A stretch of 64,000 nucleotides of DNA from Candidatus Dormiibacterota bacterium. Lineage in GTDB: Bacteria; Chloroflexota; Dormibacteria; Aeolococcales; Aeolococcaceae. How positions within the stretch are numbered: position 1 is the stretch's first letter; the number at the start of each line of letters is the position of its first letter. Position numbers and translations under genes: made by a program. Below the pieces are notes generated by a model, which saw nothing but the letters and a program-made list of their open reading frames with translations, did not search any database and was not told the origin of the DNA. The DNA is taken from assembly GCA_027365835.1 (NCBI GenBank), contig DAHXLU010000097.1, positions 3,096-67,095 on the forward strand, read 5' to 3'. Shown here piece after piece: positions 35,979-44,530 of this stretch.

Positions 35979-36656
35979 ATGGTTAAGCCCAAAACCAGGG
36001 TGCTGATATGTGACGACCATGAACTGGTGCGGCGCGGCATCCGTGATCTGCTTGGCAATGATGCTGCAATAGAGATTGCGGGTGAAGCCGGAAGCGGCAC
36101 CGAAGCGGTTTCGATGGCACTTGCAACCCGGCCCAATGTAATCCTTATGGATGTACGGATGCCGGGGATGTCTGGTGTGGAGGCCTGTCGTGCGATCCGG
36201 GAAGTTGCTCCAGATATGAAGATATTGATGCTCACCTCCTTTACAGATGATGAGGCACTTTTTGGCGCGATAATGGCAGGCGCAGCGGGTTATATCCTGA
36301 AGCAGATACGGGGCGCCGAACTGCTTGCCTCCATACACAAGGTGGCAGAAGGCAGGAATCTCCTGGATGATGGAGCCATGGCCCGGGTTATGGCGCGATT
36401 GCGGGGGGAGATTTCAGACGGGAGTCCGGCTTCGTTATTCTCCCTTTCTTCGTTGACTGCGCAGGAGAGACGTCTTGTTGTCTATGTCGCCGAGGGCAAA
36501 TCCAATCGGCAGATTGCTACAGAGATGCATCTGGCCGAAAAGACGGTCAAGAATTATGTAAGCAATATTCTTCAAAAGCTCGGCCTTGCACGAAGGGCCG
36601 AGGTTGCACCATTTCTGAATCGCCAGCATGAAACTACTGATCCACAGGGATGGTGA
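35979..36656 (+). CDS. NarL/LuxR-family response regulator (DevR/DosR-like)
   Basis: The receiver has RVLICDDHELVR and VILMDVRMPGMSG. The LuxR HTH reads LTAQERRLVVYVAEGKSNRQIATEMHLAEKTVKNYVSNILQKLG. Confidence 0.9.
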   Translation: MVKPKTRVLICDDHELVRRGIRDLLGNDAAIEIAGEAGSGTEAVSMALATRPNVILMDVRMPGMSGVEACRAIREVAPDMKILMLTSFTDDEALFGAIMAGAAGYILKQIRGAELLASIHKVAEGRNLLDDGAMARVMARLRGEISDGSPASLFSLSSLTAQERRLVVYVAEGKSNRQIATEMHLAEKTVKNYVSNILQKLGLARRAEVAPFLNRQHETTDPQGW

Positions 36657-36813
36657 CGGGCGCGGATTCCAGTTCGGGTACTGCCGCTGCTTTGAGATTA
36701 GCAAAATACCAGCCTGCCACTTCCTTGCCCAGAGGGAATGTAGCAGGCTGGCTGGGTTATGTCAGGGTTACCGGTAAGCAGGATCCTCAGGAGCCCTGAC
36801 GCTGCTTACGTCA

Positions 36814-37380
36814 TTACAGGCGCAGGGCAGGATTGCTGTTTGTGCTCTCTTGCTTCTGCGGAAGGACGGCCGCCTGTCTGCCCATCAGGAGTTGCGGAGA
36901 CGAAGGGCTGGCAAGTGCATATACAGCGAGGGCAAAAAGTCCCAGTTCAGCCAGCCCCATGACAAAGTTGATGCCAGCTGTTGAGGGGCTAAGCCATCCT
37001 GCAGCCTCCCAGTAGGCGTAACTCATGATCATGGTGCCAAACGTTGCAATGGCGGTTACAGCCATAACTGTCGTCTGGATCGCATGGGTCGCCTGTATGA
37101 GCAGCAGTATGCCAGTTGCCATAAGCGCGAGCCCAGCCAGTATCTCTCCCAGTAGAACCAGATACCCAAACGCAGTGGCATTTGGCAGTACCGTTCCCAG
37201 CAGAAAACTTTTCACCCAGCCATTGGGATTTTTGGAGGCAAATGCGCTTATCGTTCCAGCCATTCCCGAAATGTAGGTTGGGCCGGTCTTCTCCAGTCCA
37301 CCTGTGAACCATTCATAGCCCAGGATCCCCTGGATAAATCCAACCGCCACCTGATACCGGCCAGCGAGTACGATCTTCAT
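36814..37380 (-). CDS. integral membrane protein (4 predicted TM; DoxX-like is only a guess)
   Basis: The profile is hydrophobic. GGAGG lies 6 nt upstream of the ATG. Confidence 0.6.
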   Translation of the reverse strand: MKIVLAGRYQVAVGFIQGILGYEWFTGGLEKTGPTYISGMAGTISAFASKNPNGWVKSFLLGTVLPNATAFGYLVLLGEILAGLALMATGILLLIQATHAIQTTVMAVTAIATFGTMIMSYAYWEAAGWLSPSTAGINFVMGLAELGLFALAVYALASPSSPQLLMGRQAAVLPQKQESTNSNPALRL

Positions 37381-37584
37381 GATCTACCTCCGCAGGATCC
37401 TAGGCTTGCCGTGCAAGCTTTTGTGAGATCAGATCCTTTTGCCTTGTGGCTTAAACATATCCAGCAGAAAGGAGGGGAACCAGAGGCGTTGGACCTCAAT
37501 TAGTGTGCCAAAGGTCACTGCGTGGCGGCCAGAGCAAATTTTTTGGCTGAGCACGGGGTTACCATGCCTTTTCGACCGTTTTGG

Positions 37585-37980
37585 TCAGTAGATGCCAAGC
37601 TCCAGCTTGGCCTCATCCGACGCCATCAGCCGTGGGTCCCATGGAGGGGACCAGACTATGTTGACTTTTACGTCCTTTACCCCTGGGAGGGGGGCACACA
37701 CCGCATGCGCCTGGGTCTGGATTACGCTGCCGAGGGGGCAGTAGGGAGATGTCAGTGTTATGTCAATGTTGAGCAGTCCATTCTGATCCAGGGTCGCTCC
37801 GTAGACCAGGCCTAGGCTCACGATATCGATGCCAAGTTCAGGGTCGTAGACCTCTGACAGGGCATCAAATATTAGCGCTTCGCTAGCCCTGTACGGGGTT
37901 GGGGACAGATTTTCCGTCACGGGCGAATCCGTATCTCCTGTAGCCGCATCTCCTTCCCGGTGTTCCCTGGCATCTTTCAT
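37585..37980 (-). CDS. sufT: DUF59 / MIP18-family Fe-S assembly protein (SufT-like)
   Basis: Motifs are VYDPELGIDIVSLGLVY, ITLTSPYCPLG and VNIVWSPPWDP. It is the last gene of the suf cluster. Confidence 0.85.
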   Translation of the reverse strand: MKDAREHREGDAATGDTDSPVTENLSPTPYRASEALIFDALSEVYDPELGIDIVSLGLVYGATLDQNGLLNIDITLTSPYCPLGSVIQTQAHAVCAPLPGVKDVKVNIVWSPPWDPRLMASDEAKLELGIY

Positions 37981-38519
37981 GCTCTTTCCTCTGGTCCATC
38001 CGCGCTGCCCTTTCCTGCCATGTCAGAAAGTAGCTCCAGTAGTCCATTCCAGGCCAGCGTGGCACACTTGGTGCGGGCTGGATAACTGCGCACCCCACCC
38101 AGCGCCTCGACATCCCCTGGGGGAACTGTTGCCTCTTGCCCCATGATGAATGCCTTGACATTTTTTGCAAGATCCATGCACTCAGCAACCGATTTACCTT
38201 CTACCTCGTCGCACATGATGCTGGCTGAGGCCTGGCTTATCGAGCAACCAGTACCATCAAACGCAATCGCGCTGATGGCACCATCTGGCGTGATGCTGGC
38301 CCAGAGACGCAGGTCATCGCCACAAACTGGATTATGTGCTGAAAGCACGCCAGGACCGGACTCGGCCAGGGCACGGTGGTGATGGGGGTACCGATAATGG
38401 TCGAGTATGATCTCCCGGAAGAGGTCCTCGTCCTCTGGCTGGGAAGGGCTGGCAGATTCCAGATTGTTCTGTCCCACAGTAGTTTGATTGTAGCGCGGGG
38501 CGGTGGCAGGATAAGGCAT
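37977..38519 (-). CDS. sufU: SufU-type Fe-S cluster scaffold / sulfur acceptor
   Basis: Motifs are ILDHYRYPHH, NPVCGDDL and GTGCSISQASAS. The start chosen at 38519 lies 2 nt after the sufS stop. Confidence 0.9.
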   Translation of the reverse strand: MPYPATAPRYNQTTVGQNNLESASPSQPEDEDLFREIILDHYRYPHHHRALAESGPGVLSAHNPVCGDDLRLWASITPDGAISAIAFDGTGCSISQASASIMCDEVEGKSVAECMDLAKNVKAFIMGQEATVPPGDVEALGGVRSYPARTKCATLAWNGLLELLSDMAGKGSADGPEERA

Positions 38520-38521
38520 TG

Positions 38522-39790
38522 TCAGGCAAATATCCCTATGACTTTTCTTACTCCGGCTACAAGAGTGCTGACATCCTGCGGGTTGTTGTACAGATAGCTG
38601 GAGGCCCTTGTAGTGGCACTGACCCCCAGACGGTGCATTAGTGGTTGACAGCAATGGTGTCCAGCGCGTACGGCGATGCCCTCCCGGTCAAGGATGGTGG
38701 CTACGTCATGTGGATGGACGCCTGCCACAGAAAAAGATACTGTTCCGGTTGCCGCCTGCTCGCTCCCAAGGACGGTCACTCCTGCGATCTGTTCCAGGGA
38801 CTGCCGGATCAGCGTCCCCATGTACAGGTCGTGCTGGGCGATATTTTCCATCCCTATTGCGTTCAGGTAGTTTATCGCTGCCCGCATTCCGGCCACGCCA
38901 GCCACATCGGGGGTCCCGGCTTCAAACTTGTGCGGCACTTCGGCCCAGGTCGATGTAAGGCTGTCAACGCGGTCTATCATGCTCCCTCCGCCCAGGAATG
39001 GTCCCAGTCTTTCCAGGAGCGAGGGCCGGGCCCACAGGACCCCTATCCCCATTGGTCCGAGCATCTTATGCCCTGAGAACGCAATAAAGTCACAATCCAG
39101 GTCCCTGACTGAAAGTTTTCTGTGCGGCGCAGTCTGTGCAGCATCAATGCAAACCAGCGCTCCACATGCGTGAGCGGCCGCTATGACTGGCTCGACAGGC
39201 TGGAGTGTTCCCAGTACGTTGCTGGCGTGACTGATGCTGACAATACGGGTGGGGCCAGCCATGAGCAAAGCTGCATGTTCCAGATCCAGCTGGCCATCGT
39301 CTCCGACCCTGATGTATTGCAGGTCAAAGTGGCGGCGCTCTCTCGCGAGCTGCCACGGCACCACGTTGCTGTGATGCTCAAGCTGCGTCAGGACCACCCG
39401 ATCTTTCTCTCCCAGCCCGGCGGTAGAAACACTTGCTACAAGATTCAATGCTTCGGTAGTGTTGCGGACAAATACGATGCCAGCAGGATCAGCATCTATG
39501 AACCCAGCTACCTCGTTTCGGCCGTCTTCCAGGATCGCGGTTGCCTCATTGCCCAGAAAATGTGCACCCCGGTGGACGTTTGCGTTGGATGTAGCGTAGT
39601 ACTCTGCAATGGCACCAATCACCGCTGACGGCTTCTGGGACGTTGCTGCCGAATCTAGATAGGTGAGCGGTTTGCCGTTGATCGTACGGCCCAGGATGGG
39701 AAAATCCTTCCGGATGGCCGGGTTTATCGAGCCAGTATCTGGCTGGGTAGCCCCCGGTCTTTCCATTGCTGATGTGATGGGGGTATTCAT
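38522..39790 (-). CDS. sufS: cysteine desulfurase SufS (class II)
   Basis: Motifs are HHSNVVPWQ, SGHKMLGPMGIGVL (PLP Lys) and RAGHHCCQPL. Confidence 0.92.
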   Translation of the reverse strand: MNTPITSAMERPGATQPDTGSINPAIRKDFPILGRTINGKPLTYLDSAATSQKPSAVIGAIAEYYATSNANVHRGAHFLGNEATAILEDGRNEVAGFIDADPAGIVFVRNTTEALNLVASVSTAGLGEKDRVVLTQLEHHSNVVPWQLARERRHFDLQYIRVGDDGQLDLEHAALLMAGPTRIVSISHASNVLGTLQPVEPVIAAAHACGALVCIDAAQTAPHRKLSVRDLDCDFIAFSGHKMLGPMGIGVLWARPSLLERLGPFLGGGSMIDRVDSLTSTWAEVPHKFEAGTPDVAGVAGMRAAINYLNAIGMENIAQHDLYMGTLIRQSLEQIAGVTVLGSEQAATGTVSFSVAGVHPHDVATILDREGIAVRAGHHCCQPLMHRLGVSATTRASSYLYNNPQDVSTLVAGVRKVIGIFA

Positions 39791-40125
39791 GGTGACAGGC
39801 GTACTTCCAGCTGGTTCTGGACCACCCTTGTTTCATACACTGCTATGGGCTCAACCGCCGGAAGGCATAGGGGTTGGCCGGTACGCAGGTCAAACTGCGA
39901 GCCATGCAATGGACATTCTATGCGGCACCGTTCTACATCCAGGTCGCCATCACTCAGTGATGCCTCGGCGTGGCTACAGGTATCATCAATTGCAAAAAAT
40001 TCCTGATTCACATTGAAGATCGCCACCGCCCGGCCGTCAATCTCTACCCGGGCAGCATTGCCAGCCGGCAGGATGGTGAATGGATCCTGGACAATGGGAA
40101 TCCACGCTGCGGTCTGTTCCTGCAT
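39787..40125 (-). CDS. Rieske [2Fe-2S] ferredoxin-like protein within the suf operon
   Basis: CSHAEASL ... CPLHGSQF gives the CxH...CxxH pattern. The gene overlaps the sufS start by 4 nt. Confidence 0.88.
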   Translation of the reverse strand: MQEQTAAWIPIVQDPFTILPAGNAARVEIDGRAVAIFNVNQEFFAIDDTCSHAEASLSDGDLDVERCRIECPLHGSQFDLRTGQPLCLPAVEPIAVYETRVVQNQLEVRLSP

Positions 40126-40136
40126 GCCTGCTCTGC

Positions 40137-41666
40137 CTAGGGGTGTTGCCAGCGGGCTATTTTTTCGTCCAGAAGCCGGGCGCTGACAGCGGCTATGGAC
40201 GGGAAGGGAGCAGCGGCCAGGATATCCTCAAAGAAGCCCCGTACGATGAGTCTGTCGACCTCATGGGAAGGGATTCCCCTGGAGGTCATATAGAAGCGCT
40301 CATTGTCATCAATATGGCCAGCAGTGGCGCCGTGCCCACAGCGTACGTCGTTGGCACCAATTTCCAGACGCGGGATACTGTCAGCCTTGGCGCCCGGGTC
40401 CAGCAGGAGATTCCTGTTGGAGACGTAACCATCTGTCTTCTGGGCGGACGGCAATACCTCGATGAGGCCGCTGTAGACGCTGGTTGCATGGTCGGATACC
40501 GCACATTTCAGGGTAAACCTGCTCCTTGTATCCTCTCCCAGGTGGCGCTGGAGGCTCTGGTGGTCCAGATGCTGGCTGCTGCTGGCAAAAGCAATGCCGC
40601 TTATCTCTGCATCCGATCCCCTGCCGACGAGGTTCACATCAAACCAGGATTTTTCAGTTCCAGCACCCAGTCTCGATACGAGCGCGGATAGTCGGGCCTC
40701 CTGCTCCAGCTGGATCAGGGTGTGGCTTACGTGCCAGGTGGTTAAAGGCTGCTCCTGCAACGTGCCATATGACAGCTGGGCTCCCCGTCCCACCATGGCG
40801 AGCGTAGCGGCGAGGGTACAGGTGGGGATGGCTGTCTGGGGCTCGGGAGTGTAATACCCAAAGCCGCCATCTCCTGTCCACGAACTCTCTGAACTGTCTG
40901 GAGTGTCCTGGGCCCCCTCTTCCACCTTCCGGTACTGGTCACAGACCGAAAGCGAGCTGTCTTCTCCCAGCCAGAGCAGCGTAGCCGGAACCGAGAGGGC
41001 ACCTGAGAGGTCATGCACTATCCACAAGGATGGGGAAAGGTGCGTTCCTGCAGGTGCTGTTATCAGCGCACCGCCATTCCATAGCGCCTGCCATGCGGCG
41101 GTGAGGGGCCCATCACCTTCCAAAAGAGAGAGCAGCTGCCTGATCCTTGTTGCGGCCGTATCGTCCATATTGGCCAGCGAGCCAAGTGCAACAATGCTGA
41201 CACCGGATTGCTCCAGCGCCTCCAGATCCTGCTGACTGCCATGGAGCGATACGCCCTGGCGAGTTATGGCAGCAACGATGGTTCCTGAATGCTCCAGGCT
41301 ATCGTCCCCAAAAGGAACCAGATCAGACATCCCGCGGGCAGCCTGGGCCGCATCGGCTGACGCTCCTTCGGAACGTGCCTGTTGCTGCGGGCTAGCCAGC
41401 CTTAGTTGCTGTTTTTCCAGAAGCTCATAGAGGGGTAGCCGGGAAGCATCGGTACGACGCCAGTCCTCATCCCTTGTGGATGACGGGGCGGGGGCCGCGA
41501 CAAATCGTTCCCAGAAGCGGTCCCGGCGCTGCCTGAGCCAGTCTGGCCCGGCTACCTGCTGCGGTCGCTGCAGCAACCTCTGTAAGGAGGGAGCTGCAGC
41601 CCTGGCGGTGCCCAGCGGCTGGCGTGGTCCTTTTGGGGAAACCCGGGTGACAAGTACCTCAGCCAA
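40137..41666 (-). CDS. sufD: Fe-S cluster assembly protein SufD
   Basis: The C-terminal beta-helix region is similar to SufB ([23 protein letters not shown]). The gene is in position after sufB. The start is TTG. Confidence 0.88.
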   Translation of the reverse strand: MAEVLVTRVSPKGPRQPLGTARAAAPSLQRLLQRPQQVAGPDWLRQRRDRFWERFVAAPAPSSTRDEDWRRTDASRLPLYELLEKQQLRLASPQQQARSEGASADAAQAARGMSDLVPFGDDSLEHSGTIVAAITRQGVSLHGSQQDLEALEQSGVSIVALGSLANMDDTAATRIRQLLSLLEGDGPLTAAWQALWNGGALITAPAGTHLSPSLWIVHDLSGALSVPATLLWLGEDSSLSVCDQYRKVEEGAQDTPDSSESSWTGDGGFGYYTPEPQTAIPTCTLAATLAMVGRGAQLSYGTLQEQPLTTWHVSHTLIQLEQEARLSALVSRLGAGTEKSWFDVNLVGRGSDAEISGIAFASSSQHLDHQSLQRHLGEDTRSRFTLKCAVSDHATSVYSGLIEVLPSAQKTDGYVSNRNLLLDPGAKADSIPRLEIGANDVRCGHGATAGHIDDNERFYMTSRGIPSHEVDRLIVRGFFEDILAAAPFPSIAAVSARLLDEKIARWQHP

Positions 41667-43059
41667 CAGATCCCTCCATGGATGCTGTGAGCAGCCGGTT
41701 CAGCTCCACGGCGTACTCCATGGGCAGCTCCTTGACAAACGGTTCGAAAAATCCATTTACGATTAGCGCAGTGGCTTCCTCTTCTGACAGGCCCCGTGAG
41801 GTCATGTAAAAGAGCTGTTCCTCCCCAACCTTGCTGACGGATGCTTCGTGTCCGATGGTTACATCCGGGTTCTCTACATCCATGTATGGATAGGTATCGC
41901 TCCGGGACTCAGTGTCGAGCAGCAGGGCGTCACACCTGACATTGATATGTACGTCAAAGGCCTTGGGGTGGACCTTGATGTGGCCACGGTATGAGGTCCT
42001 GCCGCTTCCCTTGCTGATGGAGCGCGAGACTATGTTGCTTGTTGTATGCGGAGCTACATGAATCGCCTTTGCTCCGGCATCCTGGTGCTGGCCAGTACCA
42101 GCAAACGCCGCCGACAGCACCTCTCCGTGGGCTCCTTCCCCCATCAGGTATATGGAGGGGTACTTCATGGTTACCTTGGAGCCAAGATTGCCATCTATCC
42201 ATTCCATCCGCGCGTGGGCATAGACCATTGCCCGCTTGGTCACGAGGTTATATACGTTGTCGGACCAGTTCTGGATGGTGGTATACCGGACATGCGCGCC
42301 TGGGTGGGCCACGATCTCCACTACGGCCGAATGCAGCGAATCGCTGGAGTAATTGGGAGCCGTGCACCCCTCGATGTAGTGAACATACGAGCCTTCTTCT
42401 GCAATTATCAGGGTCCGCTCGAACTGCCCCATGTTGTCGCTGTTGATGCGGAAATATGCCTGGAGTGGTATCTCTACCCGGACCCCCTTGGGCACGTATA
42501 CGAAAGATCCGCCTGACCATACAGCACTGTTCAGGGCGGCAAACTTGTTGTCGTTGGAGGGAATTATGGTCCCAAAATAGGACCGGAAAAGCTCCTCGTG
42601 TTCCCGCAGGCCGCTATCACAATCCGAAAAGAATACGCCCTGTTTTGCCAGGTCTTCCCTGATGCTGTGGTATACAACTTCAGAGTCGTACTGTGCGCTT
42701 ACTCCAGCCAGAAACTTGCGCTCTGCCTGCGGGATACCCAGCCGGTCAAAGGTCTGCTTGATTGAGTCGGGGACATCATCCCAGCTTCGCTTCTGTTCAT
42801 CTACGGGCTTGATGTAGTAGTAGATATTGTCAAAGTCAATCCCGGAGAGGTCGGCACCCCAGGTTGGCATCGGGCGATCCCGGAAATGCTGCAGTGCCTT
42901 CAGGCGGTACTCCAGCATCCACAGTGGTTCGTTCTTGTGCGCTGATATCGCACGAACTACCTCTTCGGTGAGCCCCTTTTCAGTCTTGAAGACCGATACA
43001 TCAATGTCATGGAATCCATATTCGTAGTCCTTGGAGAGGGACGCAGCCTCAATGCTCAT
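41659..43059 (-). CDS. sufB: Fe-S cluster assembly protein SufB
   Basis: 466 aa. Motifs are [26 protein letters not shown] and [22 protein letters not shown]. Confidence 0.93.
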   Translation of the reverse strand: MSIEAASLSKDYEYGFHDIDVSVFKTEKGLTEEVVRAISAHKNEPLWMLEYRLKALQHFRDRPMPTWGADLSGIDFDNIYYYIKPVDEQKRSWDDVPDSIKQTFDRLGIPQAERKFLAGVSAQYDSEVVYHSIREDLAKQGVFFSDCDSGLREHEELFRSYFGTIIPSNDNKFAALNSAVWSGGSFVYVPKGVRVEIPLQAYFRINSDNMGQFERTLIIAEEGSYVHYIEGCTAPNYSSDSLHSAVVEIVAHPGAHVRYTTIQNWSDNVYNLVTKRAMVYAHARMEWIDGNLGSKVTMKYPSIYLMGEGAHGEVLSAAFAGTGQHQDAGAKAIHVAPHTTSNIVSRSISKGSGRTSYRGHIKVHPKAFDVHINVRCDALLLDTESRSDTYPYMDVENPDVTIGHEASVSKVGEEQLFYMTSRGLSEEEATALIVNGFFEPFVKELPMEYAVELNRLLTASMEGSVG

Positions 43060-43829
43060 ACCGGCAGCGCCTCCGGACTGGCCGCTTCGGGCCCAAGGAT
43101 GGGTTCATATCCAGACTTTTCTATCGTCCGTGCCAGCTCTGCCTCGCCGGACGCAACGATTTTGCCTGCGTGCAGGATGTGGACATAGTCGGGCTGGAGC
43201 TGTTCCAGGATACGGTAGTAATGGGTAATTACCAGGACACCCATGTCTGGATTCCTGAGCTGGGACACTCCGTCTGCCACTATGCGCAGTGCGTCTACGT
43301 CGAGCCCGGAATCGGTTTCATCCAGGATGGCCAGTCTGGGTTTCAGCATCGCCATCTGGAGGATCTCGCACCGCTTCTTCTCACCACCGGAAAATCCGTC
43401 ATTGAGATAGCGGCTGCGGAAGGCAGGGTCTATCTTCAGTTTTTCCATCTCGGCTGTGAGAGCTTTCATAAATTCGCGGGCAGGCAACTCCTTCCCCTGG
43501 GAGCGCATCGCTGCACGCAGGAAGTTGACCACTGTGACACCAGGTACAGCGACTGGGTACTGGAAGGACAAAAAGATCCCGAGACGGGCGCGCTGGTCGG
43601 CCCTGAGATGGGTTATATCCTGTCCCGCAAAATGGATGCTGCCCGAGGTTATCGTATATGCGGGGTGGCCCATAAGGGTATGTGCGAGGGTGCTCTTGCC
43701 TGAACCGTTTGGGCCCATAAGTGCGTGTACCTCACCTGCTGGAACGCTGAGGTCGACACCGGAGAGGATCTCTTTCCCAGCAGTTGTGACCCGAAGATTC
43801 TTGACCGTAAGTCCCTCAGACCTGGGCAC
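43056..43829 (-). CDS. sufC: Fe-S cluster assembly ATPase SufC
   Basis: Walker A is [10 protein letters not shown], the signature is FSGGEKKR, and Walker B is [11 protein letters not shown]. Confidence 0.93.
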   Translation of the reverse strand: MPRSEGLTVKNLRVTTAGKEILSGVDLSVPAGEVHALMGPNGSGKSTLAHTLMGHPAYTITSGSIHFAGQDITHLRADQRARLGIFLSFQYPVAVPGVTVVNFLRAAMRSQGKELPAREFMKALTAEMEKLKIDPAFRSRYLNDGFSGGEKKRCEILQMAMLKPRLAILDETDSGLDVDALRIVADGVSQLRNPDMGVLVITHYYRILEQLQPDYVHILHAGKIVASGEAELARTIEKSGYEPILGPEAASPEALPV

Positions 43830-44388
43830 GCGCTACCTCCTGACTGTGTGTTGCTTTCTGTTCTGCCTGCCACTGGTATCCTTCTTCCGGAGTGGCCGGG
43901 TTGTCATCCTCGCCCCAGGCGGCGCCAGTCGCCATGGCGGCTATGGTCTGGTCCTGTAGCAGCTTGTCGAGGGTGGCATCGGCAAGCACAGCATCAATTG
44001 ACTGTTTTACGTGCTTCCACAGCTGCTGGGAGCCGCAATCGCCTTCCTTTGGGCAGCTGCCAGGGCTGTAGGAGATGGAGACACAGTCCACCGGAGCGAT
44101 TTCGCCTTCAACGGCAGAGATGATCTCAAGGGCGGTTATGCTCTGCCCCGGGCGTGCCAGCAGGTAACCGCCGTGGGCCCCCCTGACAGCGGTAATCAGG
44201 CCGGCTTTCCTAAGCGCTGCCGCCAGCTGCTCCAGAAAGGGCAGCGGCATTCCCTGCTTTCTGGAAACTTCGGCCAGGGAGATAGGCCCGGCTGGGTTCC
44301 TTGCCACCTCGGTCATAAGGCGGAGCGCATAATGGGCTCTGGCTGAGGAGCGCATCGTGCTGGTATGGCGATGATTTCCGACTTGCAT
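43816..44388 (-). CDS. Rrf2-family transcriptional regulator (IscR/SufR-role candidate)
   Basis: The wHTH reads HYALRLMTEVA...ISLAEVSRKQGMPLPFLEQLAAALRKAGLITAVRGAHGGYLLAR. The C-terminal Cys cluster is CVSISYSPGSCPKEGDC. The start at 44388 is favoured by the leaderless signal, with 44355 as an alternative. Confidence 0.85.
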   Translation of the reverse strand: MQVGNHRHTSTMRSSARAHYALRLMTEVARNPAGPISLAEVSRKQGMPLPFLEQLAAALRKAGLITAVRGAHGGYLLARPGQSITALEIISAVEGEIAPVDCVSISYSPGSCPKEGDCGSQQLWKHVKQSIDAVLADATLDKLLQDQTIAAMATGAAWGEDDNPATPEEGYQWQAEQKATHSQEVARAQV

Positions 44389-44395
44389 AGTACGG

Positions 44396-44401
44396 ATTAT
44401 A
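44396..44401 (-). promoter_or_regulatory. candidate -10 box (perfect TATAAT) of the suf operon promoter
   Basis: On the minus strand TATAAT is followed by 7 nt (ccgtact) and the ATG at 44388. Confidence 0.45.
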
Positions 44402-44530
44402 CTCCTTCCCGTGGGCGACCGCTGTCGTTGCCCTGCAGTGCCAACCGGAACCGGCTTCCACCCGGCCTGCCATTTTGCCTTTCTGCCTCTGGGGCCGCAG
44501 GCCTGGGAGGGGGGTGGCCAGCCTGGTCGT

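Noticed and set aside
37522-37815. A 97-codon plus-strand ORF overlaps sufT.
   Set aside because: It is fully antisense to a gene with clear DUF59 motifs and has no independent signals.
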